NCBI GenBank assembly: GCA_018813625.1
Contig: JAHJBA010000055.1
Span: forward strand, 1-58,428
Source of the DNA: Patescibacteria group bacterium
GTDB taxonomy: Bacteria; Patescibacteriota; Minisyncoccia; Phycocordibacterales; UBA9973
Length of the DNA stretch: 58,428 bases
Direction of reading: 5' to 3'
Below the pieces are notes generated by a model that worked only from the letters and a program-made list of their open reading frames with translations, had not been told where the DNA came from and did not search any database. Positions within the stretch are counted from its first letter, which is position 1; each line of letters starts with the position of its first letter. The translations under genes and the position numbers were made by a program. This document shows positions 9,266 to 17,634 of the stretch, one piece after another.

Positions 9266-10471
9266 ATGCCCAAAGTAAATTCAGAAATAGAGAGTTTTGC
9301 CCGCATCAAGGTCATCGGAGTCGGTGGATCCGGTAAGAATGCGCTTAACCATATGATAAGTTCCAAAGTTAAAGGAGTCGAATTTATTTGTATGAATACG
9401 GATACTCAAGATTTGCATAGCTCTCTTGCTGAAAAAAAGATTCATATAGGAAAAACCTTAACAAAAGGCCTAGGTGCTGGGATGGACCCAGAAGTCGGAA
9501 AAAAGGCGGCTGAAGAAACAAAATCAGAAATCCAAGATGCAATCAAGGGAAGCGATATGGTTTTTATTACCTGCGGAATGGGAGGAGGAACAGGCACAGG
9601 AGCAGCTCCAACAGTTGCGAGATCGGCCAAAGAACAAGGTATACTTACTGTTGCCGTGGTGACAAAACCATTCTTCTTCGAAGGAAATCAAAGAATGAAA
9701 ATTGCTGAAAAAGGAATAGAAGATTTGGCAAAAGAAGTTGATGCAATTATAGTAATCCCTAATGACAAACTCCTGCAAATTGCAGACAAAAACACTAATT
9801 TCAAGAATGCTTTTGCAACCTGTGATGATGTTTTACGACAAGCAGTTGAGGGAATTTCAGATCTTATTACAATTCCTGGAATCATAAATGTAGACTTTGC
9901 AGACATAAGGGCAATAATGTCTGACGCGGGATCTGCCCTTATGGGAATAGGTTCAGCTTCGGGAGAAAGGCGTGCAGAGAAGGCTGCTCTTCAAGCAATT
10001 AATTCTCCCCTGCTTGAAGTTTCAATAAATGGTGCAAAAGGAGTTCTTTTCGCTATTTCTGGAGGAGATGATATTACAATTCATGAAATACAAGAAGCGG
10101 CAAAAATAATTACAGAATCAATCGATAAAGACGCAAAGGTTATTTTTGGCACAATCCATAACGATAAATTAAAGAAAGGAGAATTAAAGGTCACGGTCAT
10201 TGCTACAAATTTTCCAACTGATTTGCCGAGAAAGACTCTCTTTAATAACACCTTCAACTCTTCATCAAGCCATGCAACTTCGAAAGAAGAAGCCTTGCCA
10301 TCCGCAAAGAAAGAAATTCACAATAATCTCCAAGGATTAAGCGCAAGTAATAGCGAATTTAGCAAAAAAATTGAAAAAAAACCCGAAATAATAGAAGATA
10401 TAATTATTGATGATGATATAGATAATTGGAGCGCTGTGCCAGCTTTTTTGAGAAGAGATAAAAAGAAATAA
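9266..10471 (+). CDS. ftsZ: Cell division GTPase FtsZ
   Basis: 401 aa with tubulin signature [10 protein letters not shown] and a C-terminal peptide [17 protein letters not shown]. Confidence 0.95.
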   Translation: MPKVNSEIESFARIKVIGVGGSGKNALNHMISSKVKGVEFICMNTDTQDLHSSLAEKKIHIGKTLTKGLGAGMDPEVGKKAAEETKSEIQDAIKGSDMVFITCGMGGGTGTGAAPTVARSAKEQGILTVAVVTKPFFFEGNQRMKIAEKGIEDLAKEVDAIIVIPNDKLLQIADKNTNFKNAFATCDDVLRQAVEGISDLITIPGIINVDFADIRAIMSDAGSALMGIGSASGERRAEKAALQAINSPLLEVSINGAKGVLFAISGGDDITIHEIQEAAKIITESIDKDAKVIFGTIHNDKLKKGELKVTVIATNFPTDLPRKTLFNNTFNSSSSHATSKEEALPSAKKEIHNNLQGLSASNSEFSKKIEKKPEIIEDIIIDDDIDNWSAVPAFLRRDKKK

Positions 10472-10475
10472 AAAT

Positions 10476-11402
10476 ATGCTATACGATCTGATTATCGTCG
10501 GAGGAGGCCCTGCGGGCTCAGCCGCCGCCATATATGCTTCAAGAAAACGCCTTAATACGCTTTTGATAGCTTCAGAGTTTGGAGGACAATCTGTCGTTTC
10601 AGAAAAAATTTATAATTGGATAGGAACAATAGCCATAGCGGGACAAGAACTAGCAAATAATCTTAAAAATCACGTCATGGCAAACGCAGGCGATGTCTTG
10701 CATACAAAAGAAGGCACAAGAGTTGATTCTGTTTTAAAAAAAGGAGACTCTTTTAGAGTAAAAACCAGCTCCGGTGAGGAATTTGAGGGAAAAACAATTT
10801 TAATAGCAACGGGAAGTAAGCGCAGAAAACTAGAAGCGGAAAATGCTGAACGTCTCGAGCACAAAGGACTTACTTATTGCGCCACTTGTGACGGACCCTT
10901 GTTTGCCGGATCAGACGTCGTGGTTATAGGTGGAGGAAATGCTGCGTTTGAAAGCGCTTCCCAACTCTCCGCTTATTGCAATTCTGTGACAATTTTAAAT
11001 AGAAGTAATGAGTTCAGGGCAGATGAAATAACTGTCGAAAAAGTTTTGAAGAATCCCAGAATAAAGGTGATAAAAAATGCAGTAGTCTCGAAGGTAAAAG
11101 GAGAAAAATTTGTAGAAGGACTTACCTATAAAGAGGTAAATACGGGAGAAGAAAAAGATCTACAGATTACTGGAATTTTTATAGAGATTGGGCAAATTCC
11201 AAATACTGATTTTGTAAAAGATATTGTTCCACTAGATAATGTCGGCAGAATCAAGATAGACCCATGGACTGGAAAAACAGAAACTCCGGGCGTCTGGGCC
11301 GCCGGCGATTGCACTAATGTCCTGTATCACCAAAACAACATCGCCGCTGGCGATGCTGTTAAAGCCCTTGAAGATATTTACCTAAATCTTCACACAAAAT
11401 AA
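10476..11402 (+). CDS. trxB: Thioredoxin reductase
   Basis: 308 aa with FAD motif GGGPAGSAAA, redox CATCDG and NADPH motif GGGNAA. Confidence 0.85.
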   Translation: MLYDLIIVGGGPAGSAAAIYASRKRLNTLLIASEFGGQSVVSEKIYNWIGTIAIAGQELANNLKNHVMANAGDVLHTKEGTRVDSVLKKGDSFRVKTSSGEEFEGKTILIATGSKRRKLEAENAERLEHKGLTYCATCDGPLFAGSDVVVIGGGNAAFESASQLSAYCNSVTILNRSNEFRADEITVEKVLKNPRIKVIKNAVVSKVKGEKFVEGLTYKEVNTGEEKDLQITGIFIEIGQIPNTDFVKDIVPLDNVGRIKIDPWTGKTETPGVWAAGDCTNVLYHQNNIAAGDAVKALEDIYLNLHTK

Positions 11403-11409
11403 ATAATTG

Positions 11410-11640
11410 CGGAGGCGGTGACCTGCCTGCCGGCAGGCAGGGATTCAAACTTACGATTGGGTTTCCCCAATGCCGGTTTTTGAATTCTGAAAAAAAGCGG
11501 AGGGTACAGGACTTGAACCTGTAAGGGCTTTCGCCCGCTGGTTTTCGAAACCAGTGCATTACCATTCTGCCAACCCTCCGCTTTTTTTCAGAACATTCAA
11601 CTTCATCCCGCCACGGCGGGGCAAGCTCAGCCACGCCTCC
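11410..11640 (-). other. GC-rich tRNA-like shell enclosing tRNA-Ser (possible disrupted class-II tRNA or unknown structured RNA)
   Basis: On the minus strand it starts GGAGGCG-TG-GCTGAGC and ends CGCCTCC-G-CA, a 7-nt perfect acceptor-like complement. It contains AAAACCGG-C-ATTGGG-GAAA-CCCAAT (Ser-like variable arm) and AAGTTTGAATCCCTG (T-loop-like). It does not fold as a complete tRNA. Confidence 0.3.
11498..11579 (-). tRNA. tRNA-Ser (anticodon CGA)
   Basis: 82 nt folded by hand: acceptor GGAGGGT/ACCCTCC, anticodon arm CTGGT-TTCGAAA-ACCAG, long variable arm CGGGCGAAAGCCCTT, T arm ACAGG-TTCAAGT-CCTGT, discriminator G. CCA is not encoded. Confidence 0.9.
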
Positions 11641-11703
11641 TCGCACTTTTTAATCTATCATTTTTTGCGATTTTTTCAAAAATAATATAATATATACCTC
11701 ATT

Positions 11704-11756
11704 GGCCCTATCGTCTAACCAACTGGACTATAGCGGACATCGACTTTTCGAAAGTC
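11704..11756 (+). pseudogene. 5' fragment of tRNA-Glu (no T arm, no 3' acceptor strand)
   Basis: GGCCCTATCGTCTAAC (16/16) and GGACATCG match the 5' half of the intact tRNA-Glu 95 nt downstream. They are separated by a 15-nt insertion in the D-loop. The fragment ends in a GACTTT-TCG-AAAGTC hairpin. Confidence 0.6.
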
Positions 11757-11798
11757 AAAGTTATTAAAAAATTTTGTTTTAATTTTGAAATCATATAT

Positions 11799-11870
11799 GG
11801 CCCTATCGTCTAACGGTTAGGACATCGGCTTTTCAAGCCGGTAATCCGGGTTCGATTCCCGGTAGGGTCA
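11799..11870 (+). tRNA. tRNA-Glu (anticodon TTC)
   Basis: 72 nt: acceptor GGCCCTA/TAGGGTC (one G-U pair), anticodon loop TTTTCAA, T arm CCGGG-TTCGATT-CCCGG, discriminator A. Confidence 0.9.
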
Positions 11871-11894
11871 CCTAAAGAGAGATTTGCTCAAAAT

Positions 11895-11921
11895 TAAAAA
11901 ACCCCAGAAGGGGCTTTTTTT
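11895..11921. terminator. Short GC hairpin terminator flanked by A- and T-runs
   Basis: aaaaaa-cccc-agaa-gggg-c-ttttttt, between tRNA-Glu (+) and the 68-aa minus-strand ORF. Confidence 0.5.
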
Positions 11922-11926
11922 AATTT

Positions 11927-12133
11927 TTATTTCCTTATTTTTTCTGCAAGATTAAACAGACACATGGTCTGTATCAACAGGATAGCACCCACTATTGCTA
12001 GCGGAACAGCTATCCATGTACAAACAGAAGAAACAAGCGGAGCGGGAATGAGAAGGAAAGAACCTAAAAGACCGCGACAAACAGCCCTCTTTTCCAACCT
12101 CTCCACCATTGGAGAAAACTTACTTTCTGTCAT
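11927..12133 (-). CDS. Hypothetical small membrane protein (2 predicted TM)
   Basis: 68-aa ORF with two hydrophobic stretches. A terminator lies just downstream. No recognisable family. Confidence 0.4.
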   Translation of the reverse strand: MTESKFSPMVERLEKRAVCRGLLGSFLLIPAPLVSSVCTWIAVPLAIVGAILLIQTMCLFNLAEKIRK

Positions 12134-12219
12134 AATATAGTTTTTTAAAAATTTTCAATAGAACAAACTTAAAATCAAAATACCATAAAATGGATATAAA
12201 GTAAAGAGGGATCTTTTTA

Positions 12220-12248
12220 TTGAAAACATCTCCCCTGTTCTGTATAAT
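12220..12248 (+). promoter_or_regulatory. Near-consensus sigma70-type promoter (TTGAAA-N17-TATAAT)
   Basis: ttgaaa at 12220-12225 and tataat at 12243-12248 with a 17-nt spacer. The -10 box ends only 8 nt before the ATG at 12257, implying a leaderless or near-leaderless mRNA. Confidence 0.6.
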
Positions 12249-12256
12249 CTCAAAAT

Positions 12257-13003
12257 ATGAGTAAAAATAGAAAAATAAAAATTGTGATTTTAGCCGCCGG
12301 CAAGGGAACAAGAATGGAAAGCGACCTACCAAAAGTTTTGGCGCCCCTTAAGGGAAAAAATATGATCAGACATGTGATTGAATCAGTGCAGAAAGCTTCT
12401 AATGAGAAACCTATAGCTATAATCGGACACAAAGCAGAGCTCGTACAATCTGACCTAGGAGATTTGTGCTTCTATGTATTGCAAAAAGAACAGCTTGGGA
12501 CAGGACACGCCGTTTCCTGCGCAAAGGGAGATTGTGAAGGAGCAGAAGACATCGTGGTATTATCCGGTGACCAGCCTTTTATAAAAGCTGAAACAATAAA
12601 AAATCTAATAGAAAAACATTTAGAAACTGGGGCAAAGATAACTTTAGCTACGACAATACCATTAGATTTTTCAGACTGGAAAAAAGCTTTTTTGGTTTAC
12701 GGCAGAATTTTAAGAGAAAACGGAAAAATTATAGGTATTCGCGAATTCAAAAATGCCACAGACAAAGAAAAAGAAATCAAAGAAGTTAATACTGGTTGTT
12801 ATATGTTTAATGCGGACTGGCTTTGGAAAAATTTAGATAAAATAGAAAACAAAAATGCGCAAGGAGAATATTATTTAACGGATCTTTTTCATATTGCATT
12901 TGAAAATGGCGACAAGATAGAGAGTATAGAAATAGAACCTCATGAAGCATTAGGAGCAAATACAAAAGAAGACCTTGAAGTTCTTGAGAACTTTGCTGTA
13001 TAA
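12257..13003 (+). CDS. Sugar-1-phosphate nucleotidyltransferase, GlmU N-terminal (uridyltransferase) domain only
   Basis: 248 aa with ILAAGKGTRMESDLPKVLAPL matching the GlmU pyrophosphorylase signature. There is no C-terminal hexapeptide-repeat acetyltransferase domain. Confidence 0.75.
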   Translation: MSKNRKIKIVILAAGKGTRMESDLPKVLAPLKGKNMIRHVIESVQKASNEKPIAIIGHKAELVQSDLGDLCFYVLQKEQLGTGHAVSCAKGDCEGAEDIVVLSGDQPFIKAETIKNLIEKHLETGAKITLATTIPLDFSDWKKAFLVYGRILRENGKIIGIREFKNATDKEKEIKEVNTGCYMFNADWLWKNLDKIENKNAQGEYYLTDLFHIAFENGDKIESIEIEPHEALGANTKEDLEVLENFAV

Positions 13004-13033
13004 TTAACACTTAATAATTAAATTTTTCTAAAA

Positions 13034-14251
13034 ATGCAAAACCCATTTCAAAATGCGATGTCGCAGTTAGACAAGGTCGCAAATATTAAAAATTTCGGTG
13101 AAGAGTTTATCGCTCGCCTTCGCCACCCAGATAGAGATATAAGAATCTCAATCCCCGTAAAAATGGACAACGGGCAATTAAAAATTTTTGAGGGATACAG
13201 AGTCGAATATAATAATGTTCTGGGACCATACAAGGGTGGAATAAGGTATCACCAAGATACCGAAATAAATGAGGTGAAAGCACTAGCTTTTTGGATGGCA
13301 TTAAAATGCGCCGTTGCAGGAATTCCTATGGGCGGAGGCAAGGGTGGAATCACGGTCAATCCAAGGGAATTATCAAAAGGAGAGCTCGAAAGACTTTCGC
13401 GCGGATGGATCCAAAAGCTTTCAGATATTTTAGGACCAATGAAAGATGTGCCTGCCCCTGACGTGAACACAACTCCTGAAATAATGGATTGGATGGCTGA
13501 TGAGTTTGAAAAAATAACCGGTGATAAAACAAGAGCAGTTATAACCGGAAAACCACTAGGAAAAGGAGGATCAGAGGGACGAGGCACAGCAACAGCCCAA
13601 GGAGGATTTTTTGTTTTTGAGTCTCTAAAAAAAGATATAAATCTTCCAGAAAAATGCAAAGTCGCAGTTCAGGGCTTCGGAAATGCAGGATCTTATGCTG
13701 CTCTCATTTGGAAAAAAGCAGGCCACAATGTAGTTACCGTTTCTGACTCTAAGGGAGGAATTTACAATCCCGATGGGCTTGATATAGAAAAATTAATGGA
13801 ATATAAAAAAACTACCGGTTCCCTTTCAGGATTTCCAGAATCTAAAGAGATAACAAACGAAGAGGTACTACAAACAGAATGTGATCTTTTAATACCAGCT
13901 GCATTTGAAAACCAGATAACAGCCGAGAATGCCGATAAAATCAAAGCTAAGGCGATATTAGAGCTTGCTAATGGTCCCATAACGCCGGAAGCAGATGAAA
14001 TTTTATTCAAAAAAGGAGTTTCGGTTATCCCAGATATTTTAGCAAACTCCGGTGGAGTTACCGTTTCCTATTTCGAATGGGATCAAAATTTAAAAAATGA
14101 GCATTGGAGTGAAAAAGAAGTTTTTGATAAGCTACAGCCAATACTTGATGATTCTGCTAAAAAAATCTTAGTAAAATCAAAAGAATCAAATACAGATCTA
14201 CGTCGTGGCGCATTTATTTTAGCTCTTGAGAGAATTCAAGAAAAAATGTAA
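13034..14251 (+). CDS. gdhA: Glutamate dehydrogenase
   Basis: 405 aa with catalytic KGGIRYH, GGGKGG and Rossmann GFGNAGS motifs. Confidence 0.9.
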   Translation: MQNPFQNAMSQLDKVANIKNFGEEFIARLRHPDRDIRISIPVKMDNGQLKIFEGYRVEYNNVLGPYKGGIRYHQDTEINEVKALAFWMALKCAVAGIPMGGGKGGITVNPRELSKGELERLSRGWIQKLSDILGPMKDVPAPDVNTTPEIMDWMADEFEKITGDKTRAVITGKPLGKGGSEGRGTATAQGGFFVFESLKKDINLPEKCKVAVQGFGNAGSYAALIWKKAGHNVVTVSDSKGGIYNPDGLDIEKLMEYKKTTGSLSGFPESKEITNEEVLQTECDLLIPAAFENQITAENADKIKAKAILELANGPITPEADEILFKKGVSVIPDILANSGGVTVSYFEWDQNLKNEHWSEKEVFDKLQPILDDSAKKILVKSKESNTDLRRGAFILALERIQEKM

Positions 14252-14280
14252 TATCAAAAAATAGATTGATTTTATCTTTT

Positions 14281-14353
14281 GCGCGGTTAGCTCAGTTGGT
14301 AGAGCGACCCCTTGACGTGGGGTAGGTCACAGGTTCGAATCCTGTATCGCGCA
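14281..14353 (+). tRNA. tRNA-Val (anticodon GAC)
   Basis: 73 nt: acceptor GCGCGGT/ATCGCGC, D arm GCTC-AGTTGGTA-GAGC, anticodon arm ACCCC-TTGACGT-GGGGT, T arm ACAGG-TTCGAAT-CCTGT. Confidence 0.92.
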
Positions 14354-14354
14354 C

Positions 14355-15446
14355 ATGAAAATTTTAAGTATAGAAACATCCTGCGACGAAACAGGAGTAA
14401 GTATGTTGGAGGCAAAAGGCGGAACAAAGAACCCGTCTTTTAAGATTTTGGCAGAAAGTTTGAATTCTCAAGTTAAAATTCATGCTCCTTTTGGAGGAGT
14501 TTACCCTTCCCTTGCAAAACGAGAACATATAAAAAACTTGCCCATACTTCTCGAAAGAACGCTCAAAAAATCAAACCTCTCTAAGAAAGAAAAACCTGTA
14601 GATCTAATTGCTGTCACCTATGGTCCAGGACTTGAACCAGCGCTTTGGACGGGTATCGTTTTCGCAAAAGAACTTGCAAAAAAGTGGGATGTTCCACTTA
14701 TGCCCGTAAATCATATGGAGGGACACATCTTTTCTGTCTTTGGAAAACAAAAAGGGAAATTTGTAATCCCTAAAATAAAATTTCCTATTATTTCCCTTCT
14801 TGTTTCTGGTGGACATACAGAACTCGTATTGGTGGAAGATTGGGGAAAATATAAAATAATCGGTGAAACTCTAGATGACGCAGCTGGAGAAGCATTTGAT
14901 AAGGTTGCGCGAATGCTTGAACTTCCCTATCCCGGCGGACCGGAAATATCTCGCTTGGCAAGCCAAGCTCGAAAATTACGAATTAAAAATTATGAATTAA
15001 AAATTAAATTACCCCGCCCAATGATGTACAGTAAAAATTTTGATTTTTCTTTTTCTGGATTAAAAACAGCAGTACTCTATCTTATTCGTGATTTGAAAAA
15101 AGAAAATCCTAATATTTTAAAAAATGAAAAAATAAAGCAAGCAATCGCGCTAGAATTTGAAAATGCGGTCGTAGAAACTCTAGTATATAAAACTAAAAAA
15201 GCTATCGAAAAGTACAATATCAAAACCGTAATCCTAGCAGGAGGAGTATCCGCAAACAAATATTTGATAAAACAGTTAAAGAAAATCACAAAAGGCAGCC
15301 AGTCTTTTCTTTTTCCATATAAAAAACTTGCTACCGATAATTCTATAATGATAGGAATGGCTGGCTATTTAAAATATTTAAATAATAAAAAAGGCGTCGC
15401 AATAAAACTTAGCAAAATAAAAGCTGAAGGTGGATTAAGACTATAA
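14355..15446 (+). CDS. tsaD: tRNA N6-adenosine threonylcarbamoyltransferase TsaD (Kae1/Gcp)
   Basis: 363 aa starting MKILSIETSCDETG, with NHMEGH metal motif. The ATG begins 2 nt after the tRNA-Val discriminator base. Confidence 0.9.
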   Translation: MKILSIETSCDETGVSMLEAKGGTKNPSFKILAESLNSQVKIHAPFGGVYPSLAKREHIKNLPILLERTLKKSNLSKKEKPVDLIAVTYGPGLEPALWTGIVFAKELAKKWDVPLMPVNHMEGHIFSVFGKQKGKFVIPKIKFPIISLLVSGGHTELVLVEDWGKYKIIGETLDDAAGEAFDKVARMLELPYPGGPEISRLASQARKLRIKNYELKIKLPRPMMYSKNFDFSFSGLKTAVLYLIRDLKKENPNILKNEKIKQAIALEFENAVVETLVYKTKKAIEKYNIKTVILAGGVSANKYLIKQLKKITKGSQSFLFPYKKLATDNSIMIGMAGYLKYLNNKKGVAIKLSKIKAEGGLRL

Positions 15447-15465
15447 AAAATGCTATTATTTTGTT

Positions 15466-17634
15466 ATGAATGAGAGGCTTCTAAAACCATACGACCCAAA
15501 AGAAACAGAAAAAAAAATCTATAAGCTCTGGGAAGAGAGCGGTTTTTTTAATCCAGATAATCTGCCTAATACTAAACAAATATTTTCGATCGTTATGCCG
15601 CCACCTAATGTAACAGGAGTTCTTCATATGGGCCACGCACTTATGATAACTATTGAAGATATCATGATCCGATACAAAAGAATGTGCGGTTTTAAGACCC
15701 TATGGCTTCCAGGCACAGACCATGCAGCAATAGCAACACAATCAAGGGTTGAAGGTGAAATAAAAAAGAAGGAAGGTAAATCTCGCTATGATTTAGGAAG
15801 AGATGAAATGTTAAAACGCATAAATGAATTTGCAAAAAATAGCCACGACACTATTGTTTCGCAAATAAAGGTTATGGGTGCTTCTTGTGATTGGTCTCGT
15901 GAAGCATTCACTCTAGACGAAAAAAGAAATATCGCAGTAAATACTATTTTTAAAAAAATGTACGATGATGAATTGATCTATCGAGGAAATCGAATAGTTA
16001 ATTGGGACCCTAAAGGACAAACTGTTATTTCCGACGATGAAATTGTTTATAAGGAACAAAAAGCGAAATTATATACCTTCAAATATAACAAGGACTTCCC
16101 TATTTCAATTTCTACCACTCGCCCAGAGACAAAAGTAGGCGATACTGCCGTGGCGGTACATCCAGAAGATGAAAGATATCAAAAATACATTGGAAAAACT
16201 TATACCGTAGAAGATTTTTGCGGAGTAAAACTTGAAATAAAAATCATTGCTGACAAATCAGTAGAAAAAGATTTTGGAACAGGTGCCCTTGGAGTAACTC
16301 CGGCACACAGCCAAATCGATGCGGATATGGCAATTAGCCACAATCTTCCAACAGTACAAGTCATCAACGAATTTGCCAAAATGACCGTCGGAGATGAAAG
16401 AATTTTAAATAAAAAAACAACTGAAGCAAGAGAAATTATTATAGAGTGGCTCAAAACTAATAATTTACTAGAAAAAGAAGAAGAAATAGCACAGAATATC
16501 TCTACCGCTGAACGCACTGGAGGAATAATAGAACCTCTTCCAAAATTGCAATGGTTTATAGATGTCAACAAGCCAATAAAAGAACGCAACAATAAAACTC
16601 TTAAAGACCTAATGCGTGAACCTTTCGAGAAAAAAGAAATCCAAATAATACCGGATTACTTTTCTAAAACCTATTTTCATTGGATAGAAAATTTACGGGA
16701 CTGGTGCATCTCTCGCCAAATATGGTATGGGCACAGAATACCTGTTTGGTATAAAAAAGAAAATTCTGAAGAAATATTTGTCGACATAAATCCACCCAAG
16801 GATGCTGAAAACTGGGAACAGGATCCAGACACGCTCGATACGTGGTTTTCATCAGGTCTTTGGACCTTTTCTACTCTTGGTTGGCCAGAAAAAACAAAAG
16901 ACTTGAAAACCTATCATCCAACAGATGTTTTAGAAACAGGATATGAAATACTCTTTTTTTGGATCGCAAGAATGGTTTTAATGACAGAATATGCGCTTGG
17001 AGAAATCCCATTTAAGAAAGTTTTTTTGCACGGAACGGTGCGAGATGGCCAAGGACGCAAAATGTCAAAATCCCTGGGCAATGGCATAGATCCGCTTGAT
17101 ATAGCAAATAAATTTGGTGCAGACGCGGGACGCATGGCTCTCATAGTTGGTACTGCTCCAGGAACAGACAGCAGAATTGATGAAAATAAAATAAGAGGTT
17201 ATAAAAATTTTGACAATAAAATTTGGAATATAACCAGGTTTGTTTTAGAAAATACAAATGAAGATAATTTCAATAAAAATGTTGAAGCAGACATAACTAA
17301 AGAATTTAAAAAAATATTGGAAGATATCACTTCAGATATGGAAAATTATCGCTTTCATTTAGCGTCAGAAAAAATTTATCAATATGTTTGGCACAGATTC
17401 GCGGACGAAATAATAGAAGAAACGAAGGAAATTATAAAAAATGGAGGAGAAAAATTGGAAGAAAGAAAGAATGCACTGGCTTCGACTTGGACTGATTGTC
17501 TAAAAATATTACATCCATTTATTCCTTTTGTAACCGAAGAAATTTGGTCAATGATGCCTGTAAAAGGTAAAAAATTATTAATGGTAGAAAAATGGCCCTC
17601 CTTCGCCGATGCTGCGGACGAGCAAACTAAATGA
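15466..17634 (+). CDS. valS: Valyl-tRNA synthetase (short form, no C-terminal coiled coil)
   Basis: 722 aa with LHMGHAL (HIGH), the editing-domain motif TTRPETK and KMSKSLGN. Confidence 0.9.
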   Translation: MNERLLKPYDPKETEKKIYKLWEESGFFNPDNLPNTKQIFSIVMPPPNVTGVLHMGHALMITIEDIMIRYKRMCGFKTLWLPGTDHAAIATQSRVEGEIKKKEGKSRYDLGRDEMLKRINEFAKNSHDTIVSQIKVMGASCDWSREAFTLDEKRNIAVNTIFKKMYDDELIYRGNRIVNWDPKGQTVISDDEIVYKEQKAKLYTFKYNKDFPISISTTRPETKVGDTAVAVHPEDERYQKYIGKTYTVEDFCGVKLEIKIIADKSVEKDFGTGALGVTPAHSQIDADMAISHNLPTVQVINEFAKMTVGDERILNKKTTEAREIIIEWLKTNNLLEKEEEIAQNISTAERTGGIIEPLPKLQWFIDVNKPIKERNNKTLKDLMREPFEKKEIQIIPDYFSKTYFHWIENLRDWCISRQIWYGHRIPVWYKKENSEEIFVDINPPKDAENWEQDPDTLDTWFSSGLWTFSTLGWPEKTKDLKTYHPTDVLETGYEILFFWIARMVLMTEYALGEIPFKKVFLHGTVRDGQGRKMSKSLGNGIDPLDIANKFGADAGRMALIVGTAPGTDSRIDENKIRGYKNFDNKIWNITRFVLENTNEDNFNKNVEADITKEFKKILEDITSDMENYRFHLASEKIYQYVWHRFADEIIEETKEIIKNGGEKLEERKNALASTWTDCLKILHPFIPFVTEEIWSMMPVKGKKLLMVEKWPSFADAADEQTK

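Noticed and set aside
11422-11441. 20-nt perfect palindrome read as a simple trxB terminator
   Set aside because: No T-run follows it on either strand, and it sits inside the tRNA-like shell. It is kept as part of that finding rather than called as a terminator.
11359-11646. 95-aa minus-strand ORF (MRGGVAELAPPWRDE...)
   Set aside because: It lies entirely over tRNA-Ser and the GC-rich structured flanks. Its Arg/Gly/Pro-rich composition reflects GC-rich RNA stems rather than coding sequence.
13249-13659. 136-aa minus-strand ORF inside gdhA, and similar shadow ORFs (e.g. 7928-8335, 16200-16592, 17921-18313, 33376-33747, 37065-37484)
   Set aside because: All are antisense to, or out of frame within, confidently identified genes. 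None shows a family motif.
17631-17634. Alternative genetic code (TGA as a sense codon, as in some candidate phyla)
   Set aside because: TGA terminates well-conserved genes at the expected length (e.g. valS at the ATGA junction), and all family-length checks fit code 11.
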